Source: Candidatus Micrarchaeaceae archaeon (GTDB lineage: Bacteria > Chloroflexota > Dormibacteria > Aeolococcales > Bog-877). Taken from it: a stretch of 64,000 nucleotides of DNA. This document shows positions 1 to 10,016 of the stretch, in pieces (within the stretch, counting starts at the first letter, position 1; each line of letters starts with the position of its first letter). Position numbers and translations under genes: made by a program. The stretch is taken from positions 7,003 to 71,002 of the forward strand of contig DATKSI010000028.1 of NCBI GenBank assembly GCA_035531715.1, in the 5' to 3' direction. The notes under the pieces are model-generated. The model did not search any database, had not been told where the DNA came from, and worked only from the letters and a program-made list of their open reading frames with translations.

Positions 1-2378
1 AGCAGGAACACCTTGATCCCGGCCCGGTGGGCCGCCAGCAACTTGTCCTTGACCCCGCCGATCGGGAGGATGCGACCGCGCAGGGTCACCTCCCCAGTCA
101 TCGCCAGGTCATGCCGCACCGGACGGTCGCTCGCGACCGAGACCAGGGCCGTAGTCAGGGTGACTCCGGCTGAGGGACCATCTTTGGGAATAGCGCCTGC
201 CGGCACGTGGATGTGGACGCCGTGGTCGTCGAAGAAATTCTCCTTGACCCCGTAGTCGGAACCGTGGACCCGGACCCAGGAGAGGGCGGCTCGGGCTGAC
301 TCCTGCATCACGTCACCGATCTGTCCGGTCAGCTGCATCTCGGTGCGGCCGGCGATGGCCAGCGCCTCGACGGTGACCAGGTCGCCGCCAACATCGGACA
401 CCACTACTCCGGTCGCGACGCCGACGCGGTCCTCGGCCTCAGCCGAGTCGTGGTCGAACCGGGCCGGGCCGAGATATTCGATGAGATCGTCGGGCAGCAC
501 CTTGATGCCCTTGAGCTCGGGGTTCTCGACCAGTCGGCGGGGAACCTTGCGCATCACCTGGGCGAGCTGACGGTCCAGACCGCGCACCCCGGCTTCTCGG
601 GTGTAGTTGCGGATGATGCTGTGCAGCGATTCGTCGGTGATCACCAGCTCGCTGACCTCCAGAGCATGCTGCTCCATCTGGCGCGGCACCAGGTGCTGCT
701 TGGCGATCCCGAGCTTCTCCTCCTCGGTGTAGCCGGTGATCTGAATGATCTCCATCCGATCGCGCAGCGGCGCAGAGATGGTGTCGATCACATTGGCGGT
801 GGTGATGAAGAGCACCTGAGAGAGGTCGTAGGGCACCTCCAGATAGTGGTCGGAGAACTCTCGGTTCTGCTCCGGGTCGAGGACCTCGAGCAGGGCTGCC
901 GAGGGGTCGCCCCGGAAGTCCAGACCGACCTTGTCGATCTCGTCGAGCATCATCACCGGGTTCTTGGTCCCACCCTGCTTCATGGCCTGGATCACCCGTC
1001 CGGGGAGCGCTCCGATGTAGGTCCGGCGGTGACCGCGAATCTCCGCCTCGTCCCGGATCCCACCCAGCGAGACCCGGACCAGCTTCCGGCCAAGGGCGCG
1101 GGCGATGCTTCGACCGAGCGAGGTCTTGCCCACTCCGGGCGGCCCGACGAAGCACAGGATCGGCGTCTGCAGCGGGTGCGGCTGAGGGCCGACCTCCTCA
1201 ATCGCGGGAAGGGCGGTTGGACCTGCCTCGGCGCCGGCCGTTGGGGGCGGGACGGGAGCTGCTGCCTCGGCCAGCGCCGCCGCCAACTCCCGGCGCTCCA
1301 GAACGCGCTTGCGCACCGCCATCCACTCCAGGATTCGCTCCTTGACCTTGGGCAGACCGTAGTGGTCCTCGTCCAGGATCCGGGCCGCCTCGCGAATGTC
1401 CACCCGTTCCTGGCCGGCATCCTTCCAGGGCAGGTCGACCAGCCATTCCACATAGGTGCGCACAATGCCCACCTCGGGGGAGGCGCTCGGCAACGACTCC
1501 AACCGATCTAGCTCCTTGAGGGCGCGAGCGTGGACGGTTTCGGGCATCCCCGAGGCGTCGATCCGCTCGCGCAGGTCATCCTCGGCGGTTGCGTCGCCTC
1601 CCACCTCGGCCAGCTCCTTGCGAATGGCCTTGAGTTGCTCGCGGAGGATGGCCTCGCGCTGGCCTTGGTTGATGGTCTGAGCCACATCCTGCTGGATCTT
1701 GTTGCGCAGCTGGGCCACTTCCAACTGACGGGCGAGCAGGGGCACCAGCCCGCGCAGCCGGCGCTCGACATCCGGCTCCTGGAGGAGGGCGATTCGGTCG
1801 AGCGGATCGAGATCCGGGGCGGTGCCGGTCAGGTCGGCGACCTTGCCCGGCTCCTTGGCTCGAGCCACCGCCACGGCCAGCTCGGGGGGGACCGCGGCAC
1901 CGGCCGCCACATAGTCGGCGAACATCTGCCGTACCGAGCCAGCCAGAGCATCGATCTCAGTGCCCTGAGGCTCGGTGTCCGGCAGCTCGACAAACTTGGC
2001 GGTCCAGACCTCGCCGACCTCCAGCTCGATGAGACGCACTCGGCGCAGGCCCTCGACCAGGACCTGGGCGCCGGCGGTACCGCGGCGAAAAGCGCCGATC
2101 TGGGCGACGGTGGCCACCGGATACAGGTCGAGCAGCTGAACCTCGTCCAGCTCGCTCTGGCGCTGAACCGCCAGCACCACCTTGCCCTCCCCGGCCACCG
2201 CGGACTCCAGGCTGCTCACCGAGCGATCGCGCCCGGCGCCGAGGGGCGCCAGCTGGTGGGGAAGGACCACGTTGTCCCGCAGCGGGACCAGCGGCAGCGA
2301 CTCGATCTCTGGAGTGAGCACTTCCCGACGAGGGGAGGCAGCGCTCTTTACTTCGGCCCGGTCTTCGTCTTCGCTCAC
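1..2378 (-). CDS. lon: ATP-dependent Lon protease (3' end/C-terminus cut by window start)
   Basis: This gene is missing from the ORF track because it runs off the window edge. Manual reverse-strand translation from GTG at 2378 gives [10 protein letters not shown]...[14 protein letters not shown] (Lon N-domain). It also shows Walker A [18 protein letters not shown], and the protease motif [10 protein letters not shown] with [23 protein letters not shown] SD lies upstream. Confidence 0.95.
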   Translation of the reverse strand, partial: [792 protein letters not shown]

Positions 2379-2461
2379 GGTTTCACTCCAGAGTCACGAG
2401 GGGCTGGACATCGCCCAGCAAGATCAAGTGTGCCCCTCCTCGGAGGTGGTCAAACCTGGTC

Positions 2462-2908
2462 TCAGGCGACCGCCTCGACCCGCGACTCAGCGGCGTGCTT
2501 GAGAGAGGCCACCTCGGCCTCCACGCTGCGGGTGGCCCAGCGCTGGAGCAGCCGCTCCAAGAGCGGGCTAATCAAAGGGTAGCCGAAGTCGTATTCCTCT
2601 TGGTGGGTGAGCAGCACGCCACCCTCCTGGGGCTCGAAGAGAAAGACCGCGTGAAAGTCCCGGAGACGGCCCTGGAGCATGGTCAGCTCGACCTGGTTGT
2701 CCTCCAGGGTGTAACGAGCCCGGATGAACGATCTGAATGGTCCGAGGCGCCCGTTGATCCGAGCGACCAGCTCATTCTCCCCGCGGGACTCGACCACCAT
2801 ATCCTGCACCTTGGTCTGGCCGTAGCTGTAGGCGCTGGGATCGAGGACCGCCGCCCGGACCGTCTCGAGGGGCGCGTCGACCAGCACGCTGGCCCGAGCG
2901 ATCATCAC
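2462..2908 (-). CDS. SRPBCC (START/polyketide cyclase-dehydrase-like) family protein
   Basis: 148-aa ORF whose size and pattern (ASVLVDAPLETVRAAVLDPSAY...) are typical of the SRPBCC fold. Its start overlaps the stop of the upstream gene by 4 nt. Confidence 0.65.
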   Translation of the reverse strand: MMIARASVLVDAPLETVRAAVLDPSAYSYGQTKVQDMVVESRGENELVARINGRLGPFRSFIRARYTLEDNQVELTMLQGRLRDFHAVFLFEPQEGGVLLTHQEEYDFGYPLISPLLERLLQRWATRSVEAEVASLKHAAESRVEAVA

Positions 2909-4152
2909 CTTGCATCCTCCTCAGCCAGCCGCAGACTGACCTTGATCGCCGACCCGCGGTCGGGGTGGTTGGCCAGCGCAAACGCGGCTCGGTAGCTACC
3001 CAGCGGGAAGCTGTGAGTACACCACCGGCTGAGTTCCTTGGCCCGCTCGGCCAAGATCGTCAACGCTTGGTCCAGCTGATGGGGCGCGCTGGCTCCGGCC
3101 GAGCTGCGTCCGTAGCCGTTACTGCCGACGATCTCCGCCTCCTTGTAGTAGGCCAGGGTGTTCTCCGTCCTGGCCGGCTTGGTCACCCCAACCACCACGA
3201 TACGGCCCCTCGGAGCAAGGCAGCGCAGCGCCAGCTCGGCAGTGACGCTGCTACCGATCGAGTCAAGAACCAGCTCCACTCCGGACCCCAGCGACCAGGA
3301 GCCGCCTCGCCACGGTCGGACCAGCCGACCGCCGGTGCGCCGAGCCAGCTCGGGGACCACCGCCGAGGCGGCCACGGGAAGCGGCTCGGCCCCGAGCGCC
3401 GAGATCAGTCCTAACTGATGCGGCCAGGCCGCCGTCACCAGTACGGGGAGCTGAGGCCACCTCTGGCGGACCGCCAAGGTGAGCGAGAGTCCGATCGTGC
3501 CCGCCCCCAACACCAGGATCGGTCCGGCCGGTTCGGCTCCCGCCCGGTCCACCGCATGGAGCCCCACCGCCAGGGGATCGGCCAGAACGCCGAGCCGCGG
3601 ATCCAGATGGTCGGGCAGGCGATGGCACTGGCTCGGATGCGCATAAATCACTTCAGCGAACCCTCCGGGCAGCCCGCTGATATTGCCCAAGTGCAGGCCG
3701 TGACCCGCGCCCCACGGTCCGCCGTCCGGCTGGTGGTGACAGTGGGGCGGGAAACCGCGGGCGCAGGCCGGACAGAGCGACTCCCGCCCCCGAGCGACGC
3801 AGCCCACCCAGGGATCCAGCGCCACCCGGTCGCCCGCCCTGAGCGGGGAGAGGGATCCGGGGTCCTCGACGCGGGCCACCACCTCGTGCCCCGGCACGTG
3901 GGGGAATGACACCAGCCCGCTGAGCGGGTTGTCGGCGGCGGCCTGCAGCAACACCTCCTTGACGTCGCTGCCGCAAATTCCGGACCAGATGACCCGCAGA
4001 CGGACCCACTCCGGCCCCGGCGCGAGGGGCTCGGCAAGGTCCCGCAGCGACAGCAGTGACCCGGGCCCCAGAGCCCAATCGGGTCGGATCCGCGAGGCGG
4101 CTCCGACCCAGGGCAGACGGCGGGAAGAGGGATCGAAAACCAGTGCTCGCAC
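2905..4152 (-). CDS. Zn-dependent alcohol dehydrogenase / MDR family oxidoreductase
   Basis: Carries GICGSDV and HVPGHEVVARV zinc-ADH motifs and the Rossmann motif VLGAGTIGL. The track ORF starts at 4215, but GTG at 4152 (VRALVFD...) is the more plausible start. Confidence 0.8.
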   Translation of the reverse strand: MRALVFDPSSRRLPWVGAASRIRPDWALGPGSLLSLRDLAEPLAPGPEWVRLRVIWSGICGSDVKEVLLQAAADNPLSGLVSFPHVPGHEVVARVEDPGSLSPLRAGDRVALDPWVGCVARGRESLCPACARGFPPHCHHQPDGGPWGAGHGLHLGNISGLPGGFAEVIYAHPSQCHRLPDHLDPRLGVLADPLAVGLHAVDRAGAEPAGPILVLGAGTIGLSLTLAVRQRWPQLPVLVTAAWPHQLGLISALGAEPLPVAASAVVPELARRTGGRLVRPWRGGSWSLGSGVELVLDSIGSSVTAELALRCLAPRGRIVVVGVTKPARTENTLAYYKEAEIVGSNGYGRSSAGASAPHQLDQALTILAERAKELSRWCTHSFPLGSYRAAFALANHPDRGSAIKVSLRLAEEDAR

Positions 4153-4289
4153 CGGCCCTACGTTAGCGGGGCAGAGGGCCGCGCTCCGACATTCGGCCCC
4201 CGCTCCGACCCCCACCGAACATAACAGTCGAGTAAGATTACCGGGTAATCTCGTAACGAGGTCTGAGATCGGCCTCGAGTAGCGTCAAG

Positions 4290-5186
4290 GTGGCGGGATT
4301 GTTTAGGTCCGTTAACGGACCACCGTCCGGGAGAGGGACGAAATTGAACACCGTGCGCCCCCGACACACCGGCTTCTGCTTCGGGGTGCGAGATGCCCTG
4401 CAGTTGACGTCGGACGCCATTCGCCCGGGCGCGCAGACGGTCGCCCTGGGGCAGGTGGTGCACAACGCGCGCGCCCTCGAGGAGCTGGAGCGCCGCGGAC
4501 TGGGCCGGACCGACGGCCTACCGGACTCGGACGGCACCCAGGTGGTGGTCACCGCCCATGGGGCAACTCCCCAGCTCTTCGAGGAGGCCAGGCTCCGCGG
4601 CCTGACGGTGATCGACACCACCTGCCCCCTGGTCCGGCGGGTTCAGCGGCACGCCACTCAGCTCGCCGAATCGGGACTCCCGGTGGTGGTGGTTGGGGAC
4701 GCCGCCCACTCCGAGGTGCAGGCAGTGATCGGGTGGGCAGCCCAGAGACCCGGTGCCGAGGTGGTGGTGGTGGCCACCGAGACCGAGGCGGACCAGCTGC
4801 CCTGGCGCGAGTCACGAGGGGCGGTCTCCCAGAGCACGTTCCCCCAGCCGCGCTTCCAGCAGATCGTGGCTCGACTTCGGCATCGGTCGAACACGCTGGA
4901 GGTTCGCGACACCACCTGCCCGGTCGTCAATCAGCGCCAGCGGGAAGCGATGGCGCAACTGCTGGACGAGGCCGACGTGGTGCTGGTGGTCGGAGGCCGG
5001 GGATCAGCCAACACCAAGGCTCTGGCCGAGACCTGCTCTGAGCGCCGCCCCACCCACCACGTCGAGTCCGCCGCCGAGATCGATCCGAGCTGGTTTCAGC
5101 TGGGCCAGCGGGTTGGGATCACTTCGGGGACCTCCACTCCTGGCTGGGTGGTCGACGAAGTCGAGGCGGCCTGTCGTGATCTCTGA
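4290..5186 (+). CDS. ispH: 4-hydroxy-3-methylbut-2-enyl diphosphate reductase
   Basis: LytB motifs are present: GFCFGVRDA, TAHGATP, DTTCPLV, DTTCPVV, VVGGRGSANT, ITSGTSTP. The true start may be 50-60 nt downstream of 4290. Confidence 0.9.
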   Translation: MAGLFRSVNGPPSGRGTKLNTVRPRHTGFCFGVRDALQLTSDAIRPGAQTVALGQVVHNARALEELERRGLGRTDGLPDSDGTQVVVTAHGATPQLFEEARLRGLTVIDTTCPLVRRVQRHATQLAESGLPVVVVGDAAHSEVQAVIGWAAQRPGAEVVVVATETEADQLPWRESRGAVSQSTFPQPRFQQIVARLRHRSNTLEVRDTTCPVVNQRQREAMAQLLDEADVVLVVGGRGSANTKALAETCSERRPTHHVESAAEIDPSWFQLGQRVGITSGTSTPGWVVDEVEAACRDL

Positions 5187-6225
5187 TCAGGCGGAGTTGG
5201 CCGCGCGCGACAGCTCAGGAGCCCTAGCCCAGGCCGCCCAGGCGATCCTCGGCCGCTATCAAGAGCGAATCACTCAGGGGCTGCGTCGGGTCATCGATAC
5301 CCTGGCCGTCGAAGTAATGGAACCGGCCCAGTACCACCTCGGTCTGCTGGCCGGTGCCCGCTCGGGGAAGGCGCTCCGTCCCACGTTGACCCTGATGCTG
5401 GCGGAGGCGCTGGGGGGGCCCTCGGAGACGGCGCTGCCGCTGGCTTTGGCGGTGCAGTTGGTGCACGACTTCTCGCTCCTCCACGACGACATCGTGGACG
5501 GGGACCGTTCTCGGCGCGGCCAGCCGGCGCTGTGGGTGAGGGACGGCATGCCGGCCGCGCTCAACACCGGCGACGCCCTGCTGACCTCCGCCTTCTGCGT
5601 GATCTCCGCCGCCGAACTGCCATCGCGGACCATCGCCCGGGGCACCCGTCGGCTGAGTGCCGCGACCATGGAGATGGTGGGGGGCCAGCAGGCCGACATC
5701 TCAACCACGGGCACTCCCGCCGCGGACCTGCCCCAGTACCTGGCCATGGTGGAGCGCAAGACCGGGGCCCTGATGGGTGCCGCCACCGCACTGGGAGCAA
5801 TTGCCGCCGGAGCCCCCTTGGCCACGGTGGACGCCTGCGAGAGCTTTGGGCGCACCTTGGGGGTGGCTTTCCAGCTGCGGGACGACGTGCTGGGGCTGTT
5901 CGGGGACAGCTCCGTGACCGGCAAGCCGGTCGGCAATGACCTGCTCCGGGGCAAGCAGGGACTCCCGATGGTGCTCGCCCTCACGGGCAATGGCGAGCTA
6001 GGCAAGACCGCCCGCTCCTGGCTGGAGCCGCCCGGGTTGCGCCGCCGCGATCTCGCGGCGGCAGTGGAGCTGCTCCGCGAGGGCGGCGTGGCGGAGCGCT
6101 GTCAGGGGCTGACCACCACCTGGACGGAGCGAGCGCTGGCGGCTGCCGCCAAGCTACCGGTTTCCGAGGAAGGGGCCACCGATTTGGAGATCCTGGGACG
6201 ATGGCTGGGGGAGCGCTGGAATTGA
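5176..6225 (+). CDS. Polyprenyl (farnesyl/geranylgeranyl) diphosphate synthase
   Basis: Contains the first Asp-rich motif LLHDDIVDGD and the second FQLRDDVLG. The track ORF (from 4753) is an artefactual N-terminal extension across ispH. GTG at 5176 overlaps the ispH stop. Confidence 0.85.
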   Translation: MISDQAELAARDSSGALAQAAQAILGRYQERITQGLRRVIDTLAVEVMEPAQYHLGLLAGARSGKALRPTLTLMLAEALGGPSETALPLALAVQLVHDFSLLHDDIVDGDRSRRGQPALWVRDGMPAALNTGDALLTSAFCVISAAELPSRTIARGTRRLSAATMEMVGGQQADISTTGTPAADLPQYLAMVERKTGALMGAATALGAIAAGAPLATVDACESFGRTLGVAFQLRDDVLGLFGDSSVTGKPVGNDLLRGKQGLPMVLALTGNGELGKTARSWLEPPGLRRRDLAAAVELLREGGVAERCQGLTTTWTERALAAAAKLPVSEEGATDLEILGRWLGERWN

Positions 6226-8180
6226 CCCTGGAGCTGGAGCCGGAGCGAGCCCAGGGAGTCGTCGCCGGCGCGTCCGCTCGAGCTGAGGCAGAGGAGTCGC
6301 TCGGGCGAGCCGTCAGGCGCCTGCTCGAGCGCCAGAACCCGGACGGCTCCTGGTCAGGGGAGCTGGAGAGCAACGCCTCGATCACCGCCGAGTACCTCCT
6401 GCTCCAGCGGTACCTGGGGTGCGCCAACCCCGCCCGCGAGGCGGCCGCAGTCAAGTACCTGCGGAGCCAGCAGCGAGAGGACGGAAGCTACGGGATAGCG
6501 CCCGAGGTCGATGGCGACATCAGCATCACCGCCGAGGTGCTGGTGGCACTGCGGGCGGTGGGTGTCGCCGGGACCGATCCCCAGGTGGGGCGGGCGTGGC
6601 GCTTTGTCGAGGCGCACGGAGGGCTCCGGGCCACCCGTCTCTTCACCCGGATGTGGCTGGCGCTGGGCGGGATCTGGCCCTGGGACGAGATCCCGGCCAT
6701 CCCCCCGGAATGGATCCTGGTGCCAGCCCATCAGTTCGGAAGCATCTACGACCTCGCCTCCTGGGCCCGTGCCACCACGGTGCCGCTCACCATCCTCCGC
6801 AGCCTGCGGACGGTGTTCCCGCTGAACTCTCCCACCCTCGACGAGCTTCCCCTGGGTCCGCACCGCCCCGGGGCGGGCGCCCCGACCTGGAAGGTCGTCG
6901 ACCGGGCCCTGCGCACCTATGGCCGACTGCCCCAGGTCGGGGTCAGGCAACGAGCGTTGGCCCGGGCCGAGCGGTGGATCGTGGAGCACCAGGAGGCGGA
7001 CGGCTCCTGGGCCGGGATCCAACCGCCCTGGGTATACGGGCTGATGGCGCTGCGGGCGCGAGGTTATGGGCTGGACCACCCGATCGTGCAGCGGGGGCTG
7101 GAGGCGTTGGAGACCTTCGGCGTCGAGGACGACCAGGGCTTCCGGCTCCAGGCCTGTGTCTCCCCGGTTTGGGACACCGCGCTGGCGGTCTGGGCCCTGC
7201 TCGACGCTGGACTGCCCGCTGACCACGAGGCGGTGGGAAGGGCGGTCGACTGGCTGGTCGCCCGGGAGGTGACCAAGGTGGGGGACTGGGCTGTGCACCG
7301 GGCCGGGGCAGCGCCGGGGGGCTGGCCCTTCGAGTATTACAACGACCAGTACCCGGACACCGATGACACCGCGGTAGTGCTTTCGGCGCTTAGCGTCGCC
7401 GGCCATGATCGCCATGAGCAAACCCCGATCGGTCAGGCGATGCAGCGAGCGCTGGCCTGGCTCCTGGTGATGCAGGGCAGCGACGGTGGTTATGGTGCCT
7501 TCGACGCTGACAACGATCGCAGCTGGGTCGAGCACCTGCCCATCTCCGACTTCGGGGAGATGCTCGATCGGGCCAGCCCCGATGTCACCGCCCACGTGCT
7601 GGAGGCCTTTGCCCGGCTTGGCGGAGCGGACCTGCAGCCGGCCCGGGAGCGAGCCTTGGGCTGGTTGCGCGGCTCCGAGGAAGGGGCGGGGGCCTACTAC
7701 GGGCGGTGGGGGGTCAACTACGTTTATGGCGGTGCCGCGGCGGCCACCGCCTACGCCGCGGCGGGCGAGCCCCAGGACCAGGAGCGGCTGATCCGGATCG
7801 GTGAGTGGGTACGGCTGAACCAGCACGCCTCGGGCGGATTCGGCGAGTCAGTCCTTTCGTACCACGACCGCGCCCACATCGGGCGTGGCGACCCGACCCC
7901 CTCGCAGACCGCCTGGGCGCTGATGTCGCTGCTGGCCGCCGCTGGCGCTACCTCCGACCTCGCCCAGGGGGACCGACTGGCCCGCGCGGCAGAATCAGCG
8001 GTGACCTGGCTGGTGCGACATCAGGAGACGGGGGGTGACTGGACCGACGAGCACTTCACCGGCACCGGCTTCCCGCGGGCGTTTTATCTGCGCTACCACC
8101 TCTACGCCACCATCTTCCCGGTGATGGCCCTGGGCCGGGCGCTCCGGCCGCAGACAGTTTCCGTCGGCAGCGATCGTTGA
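6201..8180 (+). CDS. shc: Squalene-hopene cyclase
   Basis: 659 aa with repeated QW-type motifs (QNPDGSWSGE, QREDGSYG, HQEADGSWAG, MQGSDGGYG) and the catalytic DxDD motif YPDTDDTAVV. Confidence 0.95.
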   Translation: MAGGALELTLELEPERAQGVVAGASARAEAEESLGRAVRRLLERQNPDGSWSGELESNASITAEYLLLQRYLGCANPAREAAAVKYLRSQQREDGSYGIAPEVDGDISITAEVLVALRAVGVAGTDPQVGRAWRFVEAHGGLRATRLFTRMWLALGGIWPWDEIPAIPPEWILVPAHQFGSIYDLASWARATTVPLTILRSLRTVFPLNSPTLDELPLGPHRPGAGAPTWKVVDRALRTYGRLPQVGVRQRALARAERWIVEHQEADGSWAGIQPPWVYGLMALRARGYGLDHPIVQRGLEALETFGVEDDQGFRLQACVSPVWDTALAVWALLDAGLPADHEAVGRAVDWLVAREVTKVGDWAVHRAGAAPGGWPFEYYNDQYPDTDDTAVVLSALSVAGHDRHEQTPIGQAMQRALAWLLVMQGSDGGYGAFDADNDRSWVEHLPISDFGEMLDRASPDVTAHVLEAFARLGGADLQPARERALGWLRGSEEGAGAYYGRWGVNYVYGGAAAATAYAAAGEPQDQERLIRIGEWVRLNQHASGGFGESVLSYHDRAHIGRGDPTPSQTAWALMSLLAAAGATSDLAQGDRLARAAESAVTWLVRHQETGGDWTDEHFTGTGFPRAFYLRYHLYATIFPVMALGRALRPQTVSVGSDR

Positions 8181-9088
8181 CCATTCCCGCCGCGCCGGTC
8201 ACCGCCCGAGGTGACCCCAAATCCCCCCCGGGATTACCGGAGTACTCCCGGCAGCGCCAGCAGGAGGCACGCCAACGGGAGAATTTCCCCATTGCCGCCT
8301 GGTTGCTCCGACCGGGTCGGCGGGAGGCCAGGAGTGCCATCTATGGCTTCTGTCGGCTGGTCGATGACCTGGGGGACGAGAAGTTGGGCGACCCCAACAC
8401 CCTGCTGGAGCTGGCCCAGGAGGAGCTGGAGGCCTGCTACACGGGCACGCCCGAACACCCGGTCTTCCAGCGGCTGCAGCCGGTGATCCGGCGGTTCCAA
8501 CTGCCGCCGGAGCCACTGCGAAGGCTGATCCAGGCCAACCAGCAGGATCAGCGGATGAGCCGATACCGGAGCTGGGCTGAGCTGGACCAGTACTGCGAGC
8601 TCTCGGCCAACCCGGTGGGCGAGCTGGTCCTGGCCCTGGAAGGGATCCGCGATCCGGAGCTCGTGGGCTATTCGAACTCCATCTGCACCGGCCTGCAGCT
8701 GGCGAACATGTGGCAGGACGTCGCCTCCGATCGGGCCCGCGGGCGGCGCTACCTTCCCGCGGAAGTTCTGGCAGAGCACGGCGCGGCCGAAGAGGAGTGG
8801 TGGAGCGGGACGGTCAGCTCAGGCATGCTGGCCGCCGAGGCTCACGCGGTGGGCCGCGCCCGGCGGCTCCTGATTGACGGTTGGCCCTTGGTCAGAGCGG
8901 TACCGGGACTGATGCGGATGGAGATGGCGACCTTCATCCTCTGCGGTCTCGCCGCCACCGCCGCCGTGCTGGAGGCGGGGCCCCGGGTATTCGCCGAGAA
9001 GGCGGTTCTCAGCCCGGCCCGGCGCCGGCGGGCAGTCTGGCAGGCATCGTGGGCTTGGCGCCAGGCGTCCCCTCCCCGGTCCAGTTGA
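8177..9088 (+). CDS. hpnC: Squalene synthase-like HpnC (hydroxysqualene synthase)
   Basis: Phytoene/squalene synthase fold, with ENFPIAAWLL...AIYGFCRLVDDLGDE matching the HpnC-type N-terminus. The TTG start overlaps the shc stop (TTGA). Confidence 0.8.
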   Translation: MTIPAAPVTARGDPKSPPGLPEYSRQRQQEARQRENFPIAAWLLRPGRREARSAIYGFCRLVDDLGDEKLGDPNTLLELAQEELEACYTGTPEHPVFQRLQPVIRRFQLPPEPLRRLIQANQQDQRMSRYRSWAELDQYCELSANPVGELVLALEGIRDPELVGYSNSICTGLQLANMWQDVASDRARGRRYLPAEVLAEHGAAEEEWWSGTVSSGMLAAEAHAVGRARRLLIDGWPLVRAVPGLMRMEMATFILCGLAATAAVLEAGPRVFAEKAVLSPARRRRAVWQASWAWRQASPPRSS

Positions 9089-9996
9089 GCGCGTCAGCGC
9101 CCGCCTGGACCGGCTCTATCCCCCCTCCCGAAGCTGAGCTCCGGGCCGCCTACCGGGCCTGCGGTCTCGAGGTCCGGGCAGCCGCCGCCAACTTCTACTA
9201 CGCCTTCCGACTCCTGCCCCAGCGCAAGCGCGACGCCCTTCACGCGGTTTATCGCTTCTGCCGCGCCGCCGACGACATCGCGGACGGGGAGGGCAGTGCC
9301 GGCGAGCGGCGCCAACGGCTGGAGCAATTTCGGGCCACCCTGGCCACCACCCTGGACGGGGCTCCTCCCGACCAGAGCTGGCTGGTGTTGTGGGACGCAT
9401 CCCGTCGCTTCCAGCTGGATCCCCGAAACCTCCACGAGGTGATCGATGGCTGCGCCGCCGACTGCCTTCCGCTCACGATCGCTACCGAGCAGGACCTGGA
9501 GAGCTACTGCTACGGGGTGGCGGGAGCGGTGGGTCTGCTGAGCGCCCAGATCTTCGGCTTCCACGACCAGCGCGTTCCCCAGCTGGCGGTGCGACTGGGC
9601 CAGGCCATGCAGCTGACCAACATCCTGCGCGACCTCAAGGAGGACCACGAGCGGGGTCGGTGCTATCTGCCCCAGGACGATCTGGCGCGCTTCGGATGCG
9701 AGCCCGCTGATCTGCAGGTCGGCCCGCGGGGCCCCCGGGCCGATGCCTATCGCCGCCTGATGACCTATGAGGTGAACCGGGCCAGAGAGCTCTTCGCGGA
9801 GGGCAGCCAACTCATCCCGTTGGTGGACCGGGATGCCCGGGGATGTCCGGCGGGGCTGGCCTCGCTCTACCAGGCCCTACTCAAAGAGATCGTAGCCCGG
9901 GACTTCGATGTCCAGTCGGCGAGGATCTCCTTGGGTCGATTGCGCAAGCTGCAGCTGGCGCTGGGGGCCTGGGCCGCAGCCACCTGGCGCCGCTGA
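9085..9996 (+). CDS. hpnD: Presqualene diphosphate synthase HpnD
   Basis: ANFYYAFRLLPQRKRDALHAVYRFCRAADDIADGE and NILRDLKED match the HpnD-type pattern. The track ORF from 8881 is over-extended; TTG at 9085 overlaps the hpnC stop. Confidence 0.8.
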   Translation: MSASAPAWTGSIPPPEAELRAAYRACGLEVRAAAANFYYAFRLLPQRKRDALHAVYRFCRAADDIADGEGSAGERRQRLEQFRATLATTLDGAPPDQSWLVLWDASRRFQLDPRNLHEVIDGCAADCLPLTIATEQDLESYCYGVAGAVGLLSAQIFGFHDQRVPQLAVRLGQAMQLTNILRDLKEDHERGRCYLPQDDLARFGCEPADLQVGPRGPRADAYRRLMTYEVNRARELFAEGSQLIPLVDRDARGCPAGLASLYQALLKEIVARDFDVQSARISLGRLRKLQLALGAWAAATWRR

Positions 9997-10016
9997 GGCC
10001 GGGGACGCCCACCCGG

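Noticed and set aside
450-1511. A 353-aa + strand ORF, plus several other 75-350 aa ORFs, lie between 13 and 2582.
   Set aside because: They lie antisense to, or out of frame with, an unambiguous Lon protease coding sequence. The translations are low-complexity (Arg/Gly/Pro/Leu-rich), as expected for shadow ORFs in high-GC DNA.
4753-5175. N-terminal extensions of track ORFs that run across the preceding gene. These also occur at 8881-9084, 9843-10016, 20578-21027, 29546-30259, 35447-36115 and 22916-23038.
   Set aside because: The extended parts overlap well-supported upstream genes in another frame and are Arg/Pro/Gly-rich. Internal ATG/GTG/TTG starts that overlap or abut the upstream stop codons give proteins of the expected family length.
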